IMG/VR virus record: IMGVR_UViG_3300017781_000005
Coordinates: 1-59,980 of that record
Source: a virus
Taxonomy: Duplodnaviria; Caudoviricetes
Reading direction: 5' to 3' (one strand)
Length of the DNA stretch: 59,980 bases
The notes under the pieces are model-generated. The model searched no databases. It was not told the origin of the DNA and was given only the letters and a program-made list of their open reading frames with translations. This document shows positions 39,895-48,918 of the stretch, piece after piece; the first letter of the stretch is position 1; each line of letters begins with the position of its first letter. Both the position numbers and the translations under genes were made by a program.

Positions 39895-42800
39895 CTATTG
39901 CTCCTGTATTCCTATCAAAACTGCATCGTCTGCAAGTACAGCAGTTTGTCTTACAAATAAGTGAGGACCTCCAGCTACAGTACTTAGATCAATAGGAACA
40001 CTTGTGTCTTCACCCTCTGTTGTTCCTTTGGGTGTTTTCGATAACTGAAAAGTATCAGTTGTAACATTTACTGCATAGTAGTATTCGTACTCATCTCGTC
40101 TATTCGTGTGTGGTTGTCCTTCTAAGTTGCCAGAACTAGTTCCTTTATATTGGTGATATTGCAATAGCGTATCTTCTTCAAATCCGTGAGCAGATATTGT
40201 TACTGTATTCCCACTAATATCACTAGCACTCACTTCAGTTAAAGAGGCCGTTATTTCTGCAAGACCAACTTCTCCCAATTTAATGTCAAGTGGAGTTCCA
40301 CCAGTAGCGATAGGCTCGGCTTTAAATATTGTTCCTCTTCTTGGCCAAGTTGACTCATTTGCAGACGATACGCTAGTTTCGTCTCCTGAGCGTAGCACAT
40401 TATTCCAAGCTGAGGCGATTTTAGTTCTGGTGCTAATATTAGATCCTAGCGCATCCATTTCTTTCATGTCCATAGAAGCCACAGTGTTAAGTGTGCCTGT
40501 AATAGCAGGTGTCATTCCTTCTCTTGGCTGTATACTGTGTACGATATAATATCTTCCGTCTATTAAGTTATTCGCAGTGGTTGCTAGTTGAGTCACTGAA
40601 CTTCCATCTGCACTAGTTGTGTAATCATGAATGATATAGTCGTATGGCTGATATGCATCACCAGTGTAGTGCGGACTAACAATTATCGCTTCTTTGAACT
40701 CTACTTGACCAGTTCCAAAGTTTGAACCGCCATTGTCTAATCCGTTTACTGAAGCAGTGAACTCTGCTCCTACTTCTACACTTTGTTTTGTCCACTCAAT
40801 TTCATTAAGATCGTCATATGGTACATCGTCTTCATTCTCAAAATTAAATACTCGTGGTACATATGTAAACGAAAATCCATCAGTAATTCGATCTAATCTT
40901 TGCTGTAACTCATCTGTGATTGGGATATTGCCATTAATCATTTTTAATGCTTGAAGCAAAGAGGAGGACCTACCGTCAAGACCGAAAGTTGGAAGAATAT
41001 CGGCAGGATCATTGTCGGCTGCGTTTAAGAATAATGAATTTGTTGCATATACCCACCACAAATACCATGCTCTTCTTTCAGCAGGATCTCTAAATTGAAC
41101 AGTTGACCATCCGGCTGAACCTATATTATCAATAGTCAATATGTTGGTCGCACCTAAATTAGATATACCTTTAAATGTATCAGTTTGTAGATCAACACCC
41201 AGAGTGTCCCATTGAGCCGGAGTCGTGTTTCCTAAGGAGTGTATCTTATAAGAAACTCCAGATTCAATGGCGTTAACACCTTTAACATTTATAGTAGAAA
41301 TAGGAACACCGGTAATATTGAATGTTGCTATTTCTAAATTTAGATCATTGCCCATAGCGTTAATACTATTAACTAAAGGCTTACTGAATAGTTTTGTCCC
41401 TGCTACTCCAACAGTCTCTTTAATTAAAGGCTCATACCTATCAGGATTTACAATAGACGATATCTCGTATGAATACTCTTGAAAGAAATTATTGTCGTGT
41501 AGACTCTTAGACGACTCACTCAAGAAAGATGTTTTAGAACTCCACTTACCACCAGTTTTACCTTGCCCTAAAACTCTAACATTGGCTTCACCAATAATCT
41601 TATTATAGTTTGCAGAATTAGGCTCATTGTTCACAATGTCCACAACTTCAAGATCCTTGTATCTATAACCAGTTTTTGTAACTGCTACTCCGTCAACTTG
41701 TCCAGTCTGATACAATGCTGTTCCAGAAACCTCTGCGTTCGCTCCCATTGGCTGAGAATTTTGATCTTCGAATATTCTAGAGATAGTTTTCTTCTTCGAT
41801 CCTATGGTAACAGGAATTGATACTGTGCCTATGTCACTTGCACTTATGTTGGCAACTATAGTGGCTTCATCAGCAGAAGTGAATACTTCATTCTCTATTC
41901 CACTTAATGCACCAAGTGTTTGCCAGTCCGCAGAAGAAAGGTTTCCTGTAGATACGATAGCATACTCTTGATTAGGATTCATATTTGTAATACCAATATT
42001 ACCTTCGAATCCATAAAAACTCAACGGTCTAAAGTAGAAGTCGTTGCCTTCTCTTTTTAAGAATTTTGCTTTAACTTCATACAGCTTCGTAGCACCCGTA
42101 GAAAAATCAAAAGTTGTAGTACTATTTTCATAATTCGATCCAACTGTTGTTGATGCTAGTGTCTCTAGGAATATTTCACCGTTACCAGCATCTTCGTGTA
42201 ATCTATTTCCAGCCTGATTTATTTGAAGATCAGGTATCTGGATATTTTGTGTTATGACATCGCCAACTGAAAGATCAAAGTCAATTGTTTCAAAGTTTAA
42301 AACTGTATCTTTTCGATCAAACTTTGTTATACTTGAATTTTCAATAACTACTGCTACATCGTTCTGATAATCTACACCACTATTTAACACATTCAAAGAA
42401 TTAATAGTGCCTATCTTCAGAGTGATAGGACTAAATGAATCTACGATTCTTGTATTTAAATTTTCAGCACCAGGTCCAGACATTCCATAATCATCGCCTT
42501 CAATAACACCATCAGCACCAATATCTAGTTCAGTGCTTGCGAAGTCTCCAATCAAATCTGGAATCACTGTTACAGTTTCGACATTGGTTAAACTGCCTAT
42601 CTCAAACTCTGATGTGTTGTTTCTCACACCGAAAGATTGAAGAGGTATGCTATCAAGAAAAACTTTTGACTCTAACTCTCCAGCAACCACAGAAGAATCG
42701 TATCTAGCTAGATCACCTCTGTATCGTCTAAACGAGAAAGTCGGACTAATAAGTGATGGATAATCAATCGCCACACCAGACTTATCTCTTATTCTCTTAC

Positions 42801-44712
42801 CAGGAGTATTAGATGCTGTGTGTATCGCTGGACTATCAAATCTAAGTCTATTTAAATGAAAGTTTGTTAGTTCGGTATCAGTGTATGATGGAAATCCATC
42901 GCTTGCTGTAGCAGAAACCACAGCTAATTTATTTATAGAGGTACTTTGCGAGAAGTCAAGAGTCTGATTTGCGACAAAAATAAATCCTTCATTTGATTGA
43001 CTGCCAGAATGATAAGAAGAGAACTGAGTAGATTTATTATTATCATATATCATATATCTCTGGCCAGCTGTTATGCTGGTCTGCACATTAGGTAATTCAA
43101 CTGTGCCTACTTTAGGTCGACCTATCGTCATCTGAGGATAGTAACCAACTTTTGAAAGTGCTAATAAAGCGCCTTCAAAGAAACTTCTCCACTGATCTCT
43201 TTCAGCAGTACTAATGTCATCATTGTCATAAATGCTTCCGCTAAAGACTGGAAACTTACCAGTCAAGTTCATCACATTAAGATATTCTTGAAGCACTTGT
43301 CTACTACCTGTACCTAAAGTAGAGACTGTAATTTCATCATAATCGTCAGCAGTACTAGGATCTGAATCAGAATTAAAAAGAAATCCTAAATTATCAATGT
43401 CAGCATCACCGCTAGGTTGTGTGGTAAATGCTTGATTCTTTTTCTGTAGTGCTTTCCAAATGTATCTATGCTCTGATGGCATAAACGCAGGAGTAACAGT
43501 TAGTGATGATGCCGCATCATTGTATGCTGTGTATGCGGCATTTCTCATACTCTCAATGAAGATATTTGTAGGCGCAGAACCTGAATTGGGACCACCAACA
43601 GGACTCGCTACTTGATTTAAGAAAGTGCTTACAGTATTAAAGTCATCACTGTAGAGGAATATGAGGGGGTGATTATATTCGATTACTTTAGCAGAACCTG
43701 TGAGTGTATATTTAAGGGAACTCAAGCCGCCAGTAGGTGTGTATGAAACGAGATCACCGTTTGCTATAATCACATCGCCTCGTTTGATGTCTTTTGCTTC
43801 ACCGCTCAACACCATCACTTGGTTACTTACACCAATATCGTTTTTAACAGTGAGAGTCGTAGTACTAGGATCAACATATCCAAAGCCGCCATCGATAATC
43901 TGAAAATCAATCACACCCGTTGTTGTAGAACTAATTTCAGTAACTCTTCCTTCTGCCTCTACACCAACACTTCGTGATAGAAGTTTAACTTTGTCACCTA
44001 CTGCTTGGTCAGGCAGTCTACTTACACCCTGTGTCTTGACTTCAACTGCACTCATTGAACCCTTGATAAGTCTTCCAACATTACTTACAGATTCAGTACC
44101 ATCAGCCCTAGTCGTTACAACTTGAATACCATCATCAGTACTGAAAGAGCCTGCAATGTTAGATAGATAAACAATAGGCACTAATGCACCATCAAAGTTA
44201 ACAAAGATTACTTCATCAATAAACGCACTTGCAAGAGACACATCGCCTCGTATTCTCATTCCCTTTTCGACAGGATATTCATCAACAGTAAACACTGATT
44301 TCATTTCTAAGTAAGCATCACCACCCCAGATCGAATCAGACGGGCGTAGAATAGATGTGCTTGGATAGAATACTTCGATGTCTTCATCAAAGAACATACG
44401 GAACAATAACTCAAGACTTTCCTGTGTACCCTTTCTGCGGTACACATCTTGAATGTGTTTAATGATATATCTTACATCAAGTTTTGTATCAATAGGTAGA
44501 TCAGCAAGAAACTTTTTCTTGTAATAGATTAAAAATGTAGATAGTGTCGTATCAATATCACGAAGTTTAGGAATGTTACGATCATTCTTCTCATCAAGAT
44601 GCTCATAATATGCCTGCACAAAAGATACAAGAAAGTCTCCATCTTCTTGATAGATCGCAGGAAATTGTTGACTTATTCCCGAATAGACGGCATCTCTTAT
44701 ATCTACTGGCAT
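39895..44712 (-). CDS. gp7: Baseplate wedge initiator gp7-like (1605 aa, extended)
   Basis: QFP..Y.E....V.F..AYYE, Y..KGT..S..LLFR.FF and HDN.FFQEYSYEI...GTKLF motifs; lies between gp6 and gp8. Confidence 0.78.
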   Translation of the reverse strand: MPVDIRDAVYSGISQQFPAIYQEDGDFLVSFVQAYYEHLDEKNDRNIPKLRDIDTTLSTFLIYYKKKFLADLPIDTKLDVRYIIKHIQDVYRRKGTQESLELLFRMFFDEDIEVFYPSTSILRPSDSIWGGDAYLEMKSVFTVDEYPVEKGMRIRGDVSLASAFIDEVIFVNFDGALVPIVYLSNIAGSFSTDDGIQVVTTRADGTESVSNVGRLIKGSMSAVEVKTQGVSRLPDQAVGDKVKLLSRSVGVEAEGRVTEISSTTTGVIDFQIIDGGFGYVDPSTTTLTVKNDIGVSNQVMVLSGEAKDIKRGDVIIANGDLVSYTPTGGLSSLKYTLTGSAKVIEYNHPLIFLYSDDFNTVSTFLNQVASPVGGPNSGSAPTNIFIESMRNAAYTAYNDAASSLTVTPAFMPSEHRYIWKALQKKNQAFTTQPSGDADIDNLGFLFNSDSDPSTADDYDEITVSTLGTGSRQVLQEYLNVMNLTGKFPVFSGSIYDNDDISTAERDQWRSFFEGALLALSKVGYYPQMTIGRPKVGTVELPNVQTSITAGQRYMIYDNNKSTQFSSYHSGSQSNEGFIFVANQTLDFSQSTSINKLAVVSATASDGFPSYTDTELTNFHLNRLRFDSPAIHTASNTPGKRIRDKSGVAIDYPSLISPTFSFRRYRGDLARYDSSVVAGELESKVFLDSIPLQSFGVRNNTSEFEIGSLTNVETVTVIPDLIGDFASTELDIGADGVIEGDDYGMSGPGAENLNTRIVDSFSPITLKIGTINSLNVLNSGVDYQNDVAVVIENSSITKFDRKDTVLNFETIDFDLSVGDVITQNIQIPDLQINQAGNRLHEDAGNGEIFLETLASTTVGSNYENSTTTFDFSTGATKLYEVKAKFLKREGNDFYFRPLSFYGFEGNIGITNMNPNQEYAIVSTGNLSSADWQTLGALSGIENEVFTSADEATIVANISASDIGTVSIPVTIGSKKKTISRIFEDQNSQPMGANAEVSGTALYQTGQVDGVAVTKTGYRYKDLEVVDIVNNEPNSANYNKIIGEANVRVLGQGKTGGKWSSKTSFLSESSKSLHDNNFFQEYSYEISSIVNPDRYEPLIKETVGVAGTKLFSKPLVNSINAMGNDLNLEIATFNITGVPISTINVKGVNAIESGVSYKIHSLGNTTPAQWDTLGVDLQTDTFKGISNLGATNILTIDNIGSAGWSTVQFRDPAERRAWYLWWVYATNSLFLNAADNDPADILPTFGLDGRSSSLLQALKMINGNIPITDELQQRLDRITDGFSFTYVPRVFNFENEDDVPYDDLNEIEWTKQSVEVGAEFTASVNGLDNGGSNFGTGQVEFKEAIIVSPHYTGDAYQPYDYIIHDYTTSADGSSVTQLATTANNLIDGRYYIVHSIQPREGMTPAITGTLNTVASMDMKEMDALGSNISTRTKIASAWNNVLRSGDETSVSSANESTWPRRGTIFKAEPIATGGTPLDIKLGEVGLAEITASLTEVSASDISGNTVTISAHGFEEDTLLQYHQYKGTSSGNLEGQPHTNRRDEYEYYYAVNVTTDTFQLSKTPKGTTEGEDTSVPIDLSTVAGGPHLFVRQTAVLADDAVLIGIQEQ

Positions 44713-44713
44713 A

Positions 44714-46474
44714 TTAACTCTCTAGTGGTTGAGCAGATACAGTGATGTCTTGACCTCGAATCACAAGAATACGATCCTTAGGTGGTCTAATATCCTTATC
44801 TACTGTGTTTGCAACAAACTTAATTGCATTATTCTGGAACGAACTGATATTAAGATTTGACAACTTAACAGCACCTGTTGTATAATCAACTGTACCAACC
44901 GAAGACTTAAACACTGATAAAGCATCTGCTTCTGCTGTTACAAGCATGATATTACCCTGACCATCATCTTGTGCTGATACTAATGTACCATCTACTGTAA
45001 ACTTAGTTGACTCTACAGCAGGCTTGAATGTATCAAAGCCAAGAGAAGCATCAAACGGATAAGGTTGTACAAGTGCAGTCTCAAACGAGAACGATGGACT
45101 TGTTGCAAAGTTCAATACAGGTACATACTCAATGATAGGCTTACTTACGATATCAGTCGATACAATTGATACATCAAGACCATCTAGATAAGCCGCAAGT
45201 CTTGACTGTCTTAATGTCTTATTGAAGTCATTTAGATTCTTATTATTATAGTCAATGATACCTGCATTCACTTCAGACTGTATCTGTGCCGCACTCTTAT
45301 CAGTTAAGTTGGCATCATATACAACCTTAACAACCTGATTCACATACAAGAACTTAGCAACAACAAACACTGGCTCAATTGTCAATGGAGTTTTATCACG
45401 AAGATAAGTTCTAAAGTTTGCAATCTCATAGTCAGCCGCACCTTCACCACCAGTCACATCAACAGAGATAATCACCTTACCAAACTGAGGTGGATCAACT
45501 TCATCACCACCGTATACACTAATTGCTTGAATGTTTGGAAATCTAGCACGAAGCAGAGTCTCATAGTCTCGTTTCGTTACTGCTCTTTCTTGAATCTGTA
45601 AAGCCTTTGGAGCAAACTTCCGTATAGACTCAATGTCCTCCGCCAAAGTTCCGCCATTTGTTTGACTTGTAAGCGTTACTGAAATCGAAGAAGCTCCGCC
45701 AAAGTTACCTAGTGTCAGACTCTGTACACCATTTGCGGAAGGGCCAGAACTGACTCGATAGGTCGCTATGATTGAATCAGTGATCGTAGGTTGTACACCA
45801 AATTTATTCTGTCCAAACTGGATAGAGTACTTACCATCATTCTCTGGTTGTAGGTAGAATACTTTATCTTCTGCACCCACACCAAAGATATCGCTTCTAT
45901 ATGTGTATGTCTCACCATTGACCTTAAGTGTAAGGCTTCTTGTATCAATTGTAGCATTTGATAGTATTGTATCTGTGATTGATAGAGTCTCGCTAATATT
46001 ACGACCCTCGAATACTGTAACACCATCTACGGTATATACTGTATCGTTCTGTGCAGTTCTTACAGCATTATATGCTTGTTCAGTAATGAAGTTATATGTC
46101 TTATTACCACAGCGACCAATGAATACAGTACCTGCAGGTATACTAAAGTAGTTAGACCTAAAGTCAGGTGCTACAACACGAATAGATACTTTTGTAGATG
46201 AACTTCTTTGAGATGTAGGTAAATAGTTTAATTCTTTTGCATGAGATACTACACTGTTTCTTTGGCTTGCACTATCAAGGAACATCTCTGAGATGGCCAT
46301 GTTATAGTAGAAACTATTATAGTAGGTATTATACGATAGTACATCTAACAATACATTCATGTTAGATCCTTCGTAGTCAAAGTCTTTGAACTTGTCTTGA
46401 TTCTTTAGAAAGGTCTTGAGTGCTTCCTTAGTTTCATTGAAGTCCATATTTGTAATTGGTGACAAGTCTGCCAT
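44714..46474 (-). CDS. gp6: Baseplate wedge subunit gp6
   Basis: F.DFDYEGSN..VLLD.LSYNT, E.FLDSA..R.SVVS.AK.L.Y.P, Q.RAVT..DY and GG....PPQFGKV motifs. Confidence 0.93.
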   Translation of the reverse strand: MADLSPITNMDFNETKEALKTFLKNQDKFKDFDYEGSNMNVLLDVLSYNTYYNSFYYNMAISEMFLDSASQRNSVVSHAKELNYLPTSQRSSSTKVSIRVVAPDFRSNYFSIPAGTVFIGRCGNKTYNFITEQAYNAVRTAQNDTVYTVDGVTVFEGRNISETLSITDTILSNATIDTRSLTLKVNGETYTYRSDIFGVGAEDKVFYLQPENDGKYSIQFGQNKFGVQPTITDSIIATYRVSSGPSANGVQSLTLGNFGGASSISVTLTSQTNGGTLAEDIESIRKFAPKALQIQERAVTKRDYETLLRARFPNIQAISVYGGDEVDPPQFGKVIISVDVTGGEGAADYEIANFRTYLRDKTPLTIEPVFVVAKFLYVNQVVKVVYDANLTDKSAAQIQSEVNAGIIDYNNKNLNDFNKTLRQSRLAAYLDGLDVSIVSTDIVSKPIIEYVPVLNFATSPSFSFETALVQPYPFDASLGFDTFKPAVESTKFTVDGTLVSAQDDGQGNIMLVTAEADALSVFKSSVGTVDYTTGAVKLSNLNISSFQNNAIKFVANTVDKDIRPPKDRILVIRGQDITVSAQPLES

Positions 46475-46475
46475 G

Positions 46476-46883
46476 TTATCTTACCCTATTAAGATCGATT
46501 GTAACTGATGAGAGTGTTGTAGTATTTATTACAGAGAATACAACCTTCACTTTCAAGTCGTTAGTGTCTATATTGGCCAATACTTGTACTTCTTTTACAA
46601 TACACCTTGGCTCATATGTTCGTAGTGTAGACTTGATATTCTGCTCTAATATGAGTATTGTATTGGGATCAATGTTCTCGAATAGAGAGCCTCGAATATC
46701 ACAGCCTATGTTTGGTTGCATGAGTCTTTCACCACGATCAGTCATCACAAGATTCTTAATGCTTTCTTTTACTGCATTCTCATTAATGACACGAGATATA
46801 TCAGCACGACCAGGCACTTGCTCTAGATTCTTTTTGAAATCAGAGAAAAATTCTTGTGATCGTGTTCGTGGTGTTAAAGCCAT
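46476..46883 (-). CDS. gp25: Baseplate wedge subunit gp25
   Basis: NENAVK.SIKNL..T..GER..P..GC....LFE and YEPR motifs. Confidence 0.93.
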   Translation of the reverse strand: MALTPRTRSQEFFSDFKKNLEQVPGRADISRVINENAVKESIKNLVMTDRGERLMQPNIGCDIRGSLFENIDPNTILILEQNIKSTLRTYEPRCIVKEVQVLANIDTNDLKVKVVFSVINTTTLSSVTIDLNRVR

Positions 46884-46903
46884 TTGTTATACCTTTTATA
46901 GTG

Positions 46904-46911
46904 TATTTATA
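46904..46911 (-). promoter_or_regulatory. Late promoter TATAAATA for the gp25-gp6-gp7 operon
   Basis: Exact consensus 21 nt upstream of gp25. Confidence 0.85.
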
Positions 46912-48825
46912 CTAATTGTCGGGCCTGAATAAACTAAATGGTGCAGGTTGTGTCTCTTCAAGAGTTACACCAAGTATGCTATTGTTATCTGTAAAGCTAA
47001 ATGTACCATCATTCTCTTCTTTTTCTACATGAGTAGACTTATCAAAGAATCTAAACCCTTCGTCTGGTTCCATCTTTCTTCTATAGCCATCTTCTCTATG
47101 CTTTCTCATCATGGTCTGATACTGAATTAACTCAGTCGTACCTTCACCAAACTGTTGCTCTGTCTTAAATCGTGAGTCATTGGTATCTGCTACATAGCCT
47201 TCTCTATTACCTACATGAAGCACAAGAAAGTCTCTTGCTACACCAATACCAGTAAAGCCTGCTCTACTCGCCGCAATGATTGTCTTATCTCTATTCTCTT
47301 CAGTCACTTTTAACTCTACAGCAAAGCCTGAATACTTATGATGGTATCCTGCACTACCTTGTCTTCGTACTGCTGTTGCTTGATTTCTATTTCTTCTTGT
47401 AGTAGGAGTTACAACACCTTGTTGAAGTTCATACTTCTGGCCAGTCTGATCTGATATACGAAGCAACTTAGCAAGTACACTTGTGTCTATCTTCTGCCAT
47501 TGGTCACCATCAATGACTCTATCACTCCATGTAATCATTCGCCCTGGTCCAAGACCTGTCTCACTCATGGCATTAATTGCTTTTGTCTCTTGAGCAGTAA
47601 TCGTTGGTGAAGTCACATAGTCTATATTCGTAGGTACAGATAGTTCACCAGTAGAAGGATCTACATAGCCTAAATCACCTGGTTGTCTATACTTCACGAT
47701 ATCATCAAATTTTGTACCACGGCGAGTTTGTTTTGCTACTTTCTCTACATACCTATTTGGATTATTATCACCAGTGAGTTCATTCATATTCTTGGTAACT
47801 TCTTCTTTCACTTCTTCAGCAATTTCTTTTGTAACTCGTACAGCACCAGCATCTTCTGCTTTCTTCTGCTCTATTTTGTCCATGGCGTCAAGCACTTTCT
47901 TCTCTTGCTCTACTACCTTAGCGACTTCAGCAACCTCATTAGCAGGTGCAAAGAGAACGGCCATGATGGTTTCTGTTAGATTACACAGTATATACATGAT
48001 GTTTTGTACATTGGCCAGTGTAGGTCTTTCGAAGTTTGCAATCATTTCAGCAATAAACTTGTCGAAATTCTCTTTCATTTTCTTGATATTTTCTTTCGAG
48101 AAGAAGTCTTTGATCTCATTTTCGATCTTTGTAAGCTGGGCAAGTATCTTATCACCCGCTTTACCTATTGCAGTAGCGATGTCTTCAATCGCTTTATTAA
48201 TGGCATCTCGTACTTTTTTCTCTATTTTTTCGATCAATTTGTCAATGGTCTCAAGCAATTTATTCTTCATTTCTTCTAATGTAAGTGTCTGAGCCTTAGA
48301 AATTGCAAGTTTCTTGAGGTCAAAATCGTCTAGTTTAAGCCCATTTAGCTTGGCTATAGTCGAATCAATCAGTGAAAATAGACCCATAAGTTCCATAAGT
48401 GTGTTGCCAAATGACCCACATAGACCCTCACTGATCGATTTTCCTAGATTGGCCTCATAGAAAAAGTCAAGATCATCAAGCGTTTCAATCAATACAGCAT
48501 TGTTTAAAGTACCTGTATAGCCATTAATTGCAGATAAAACATTGACAGTATTGATATTATTTGTTATAATATAGTCTGCAACTTCCGTATATGTAAGCGG
48601 GAATTGTTTAAATCTTGCATCTAATGTAGGGTATCCAGAGAGGTCACTTACATCTAATATGTTGTTTAACTGGTCTGTAATGTCGATTATCGTCTGTCTA
48701 TCAGCCGCTAATTCGAGTGGATCAGTCTGTGTAAGTAAGGCTGAAAAGTCAATGTCCACGATAGGATTGGTCAATACAGAAGTATGACCAGATATCGGGG
48801 TTGTATTTGTACATTCTATAGACAT
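46912..48825 (-). CDS. Coiled-coil protein with a C-terminal peptidase M15-like domain
   Basis: Long helical K/E-rich middle; C-terminal H..SG.AVE...AA..AGFTGIGV..DFL.L.VG pattern resembles M15A/YcbK. Confidence 0.6.
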   Translation of the reverse strand: MSIECTNTTPISGHTSVLTNPIVDIDFSALLTQTDPLELAADRQTIIDITDQLNNILDVSDLSGYPTLDARFKQFPLTYTEVADYIITNNINTVNVLSAINGYTGTLNNAVLIETLDDLDFFYEANLGKSISEGLCGSFGNTLMELMGLFSLIDSTIAKLNGLKLDDFDLKKLAISKAQTLTLEEMKNKLLETIDKLIEKIEKKVRDAINKAIEDIATAIGKAGDKILAQLTKIENEIKDFFSKENIKKMKENFDKFIAEMIANFERPTLANVQNIMYILCNLTETIMAVLFAPANEVAEVAKVVEQEKKVLDAMDKIEQKKAEDAGAVRVTKEIAEEVKEEVTKNMNELTGDNNPNRYVEKVAKQTRRGTKFDDIVKYRQPGDLGYVDPSTGELSVPTNIDYVTSPTITAQETKAINAMSETGLGPGRMITWSDRVIDGDQWQKIDTSVLAKLLRISDQTGQKYELQQGVVTPTTRRNRNQATAVRRQGSAGYHHKYSGFAVELKVTEENRDKTIIAASRAGFTGIGVARDFLVLHVGNREGYVADTNDSRFKTEQQFGEGTTELIQYQTMMRKHREDGYRRKMEPDEGFRFFDKSTHVEKEENDGTFSFTDNNSILGVTLEETQPAPFSLFRPDN

Positions 48826-48842
48826 TTATTTTACTCTTTTTG

Positions 48843-48870
48843 TTGACAAAAGGATAATTTGTGTTATAAT
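48843..48870 (+). promoter_or_regulatory. Consensus sigma70 promoter oriented antisense to gp5
   Basis: TTGACA (48843-48848), 16-nt spacer, TGn extended -10, TATAAT (48865-48870), T-rich upstream tract. Confidence 0.75.
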
Positions 48871-48910
48871 AGTAGTGGCAAGTACCTGTTTTATTCCATC
48901 CCACCTAGTA

Positions 48911-48918
48911 TATTTATT
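48911..48918 (-). promoter_or_regulatory. Late promoter variant AATAAATA for 46912-48825
   Basis: One mismatch to the consensus; overlaps the gp5 stop in the same way as the variant at the gp18 stop. Confidence 0.5.

Noticed and set aside
42930-42937. TATAAATA (minus) in the middle of gp7
   Set aside because: About 3 kb from the next gene start; such an octamer is expected by chance in AT-rich DNA.
1200-46932. Many 60-160 aa plus-strand ORFs opposite the structural genes (e.g. 1200-1586, 26081-26551, 27677-28069, 46456-46932)
   Set aside because: Antisense shadows of long real genes: weak starts, no RBS, no recognisable motifs.
47683-48292. Three overlapping hydrophobic plus-strand ORFs (up to 172 aa)
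   Set aside because: Their F/S/L richness is the expected reverse complement of a K/E-rich coiled coil.
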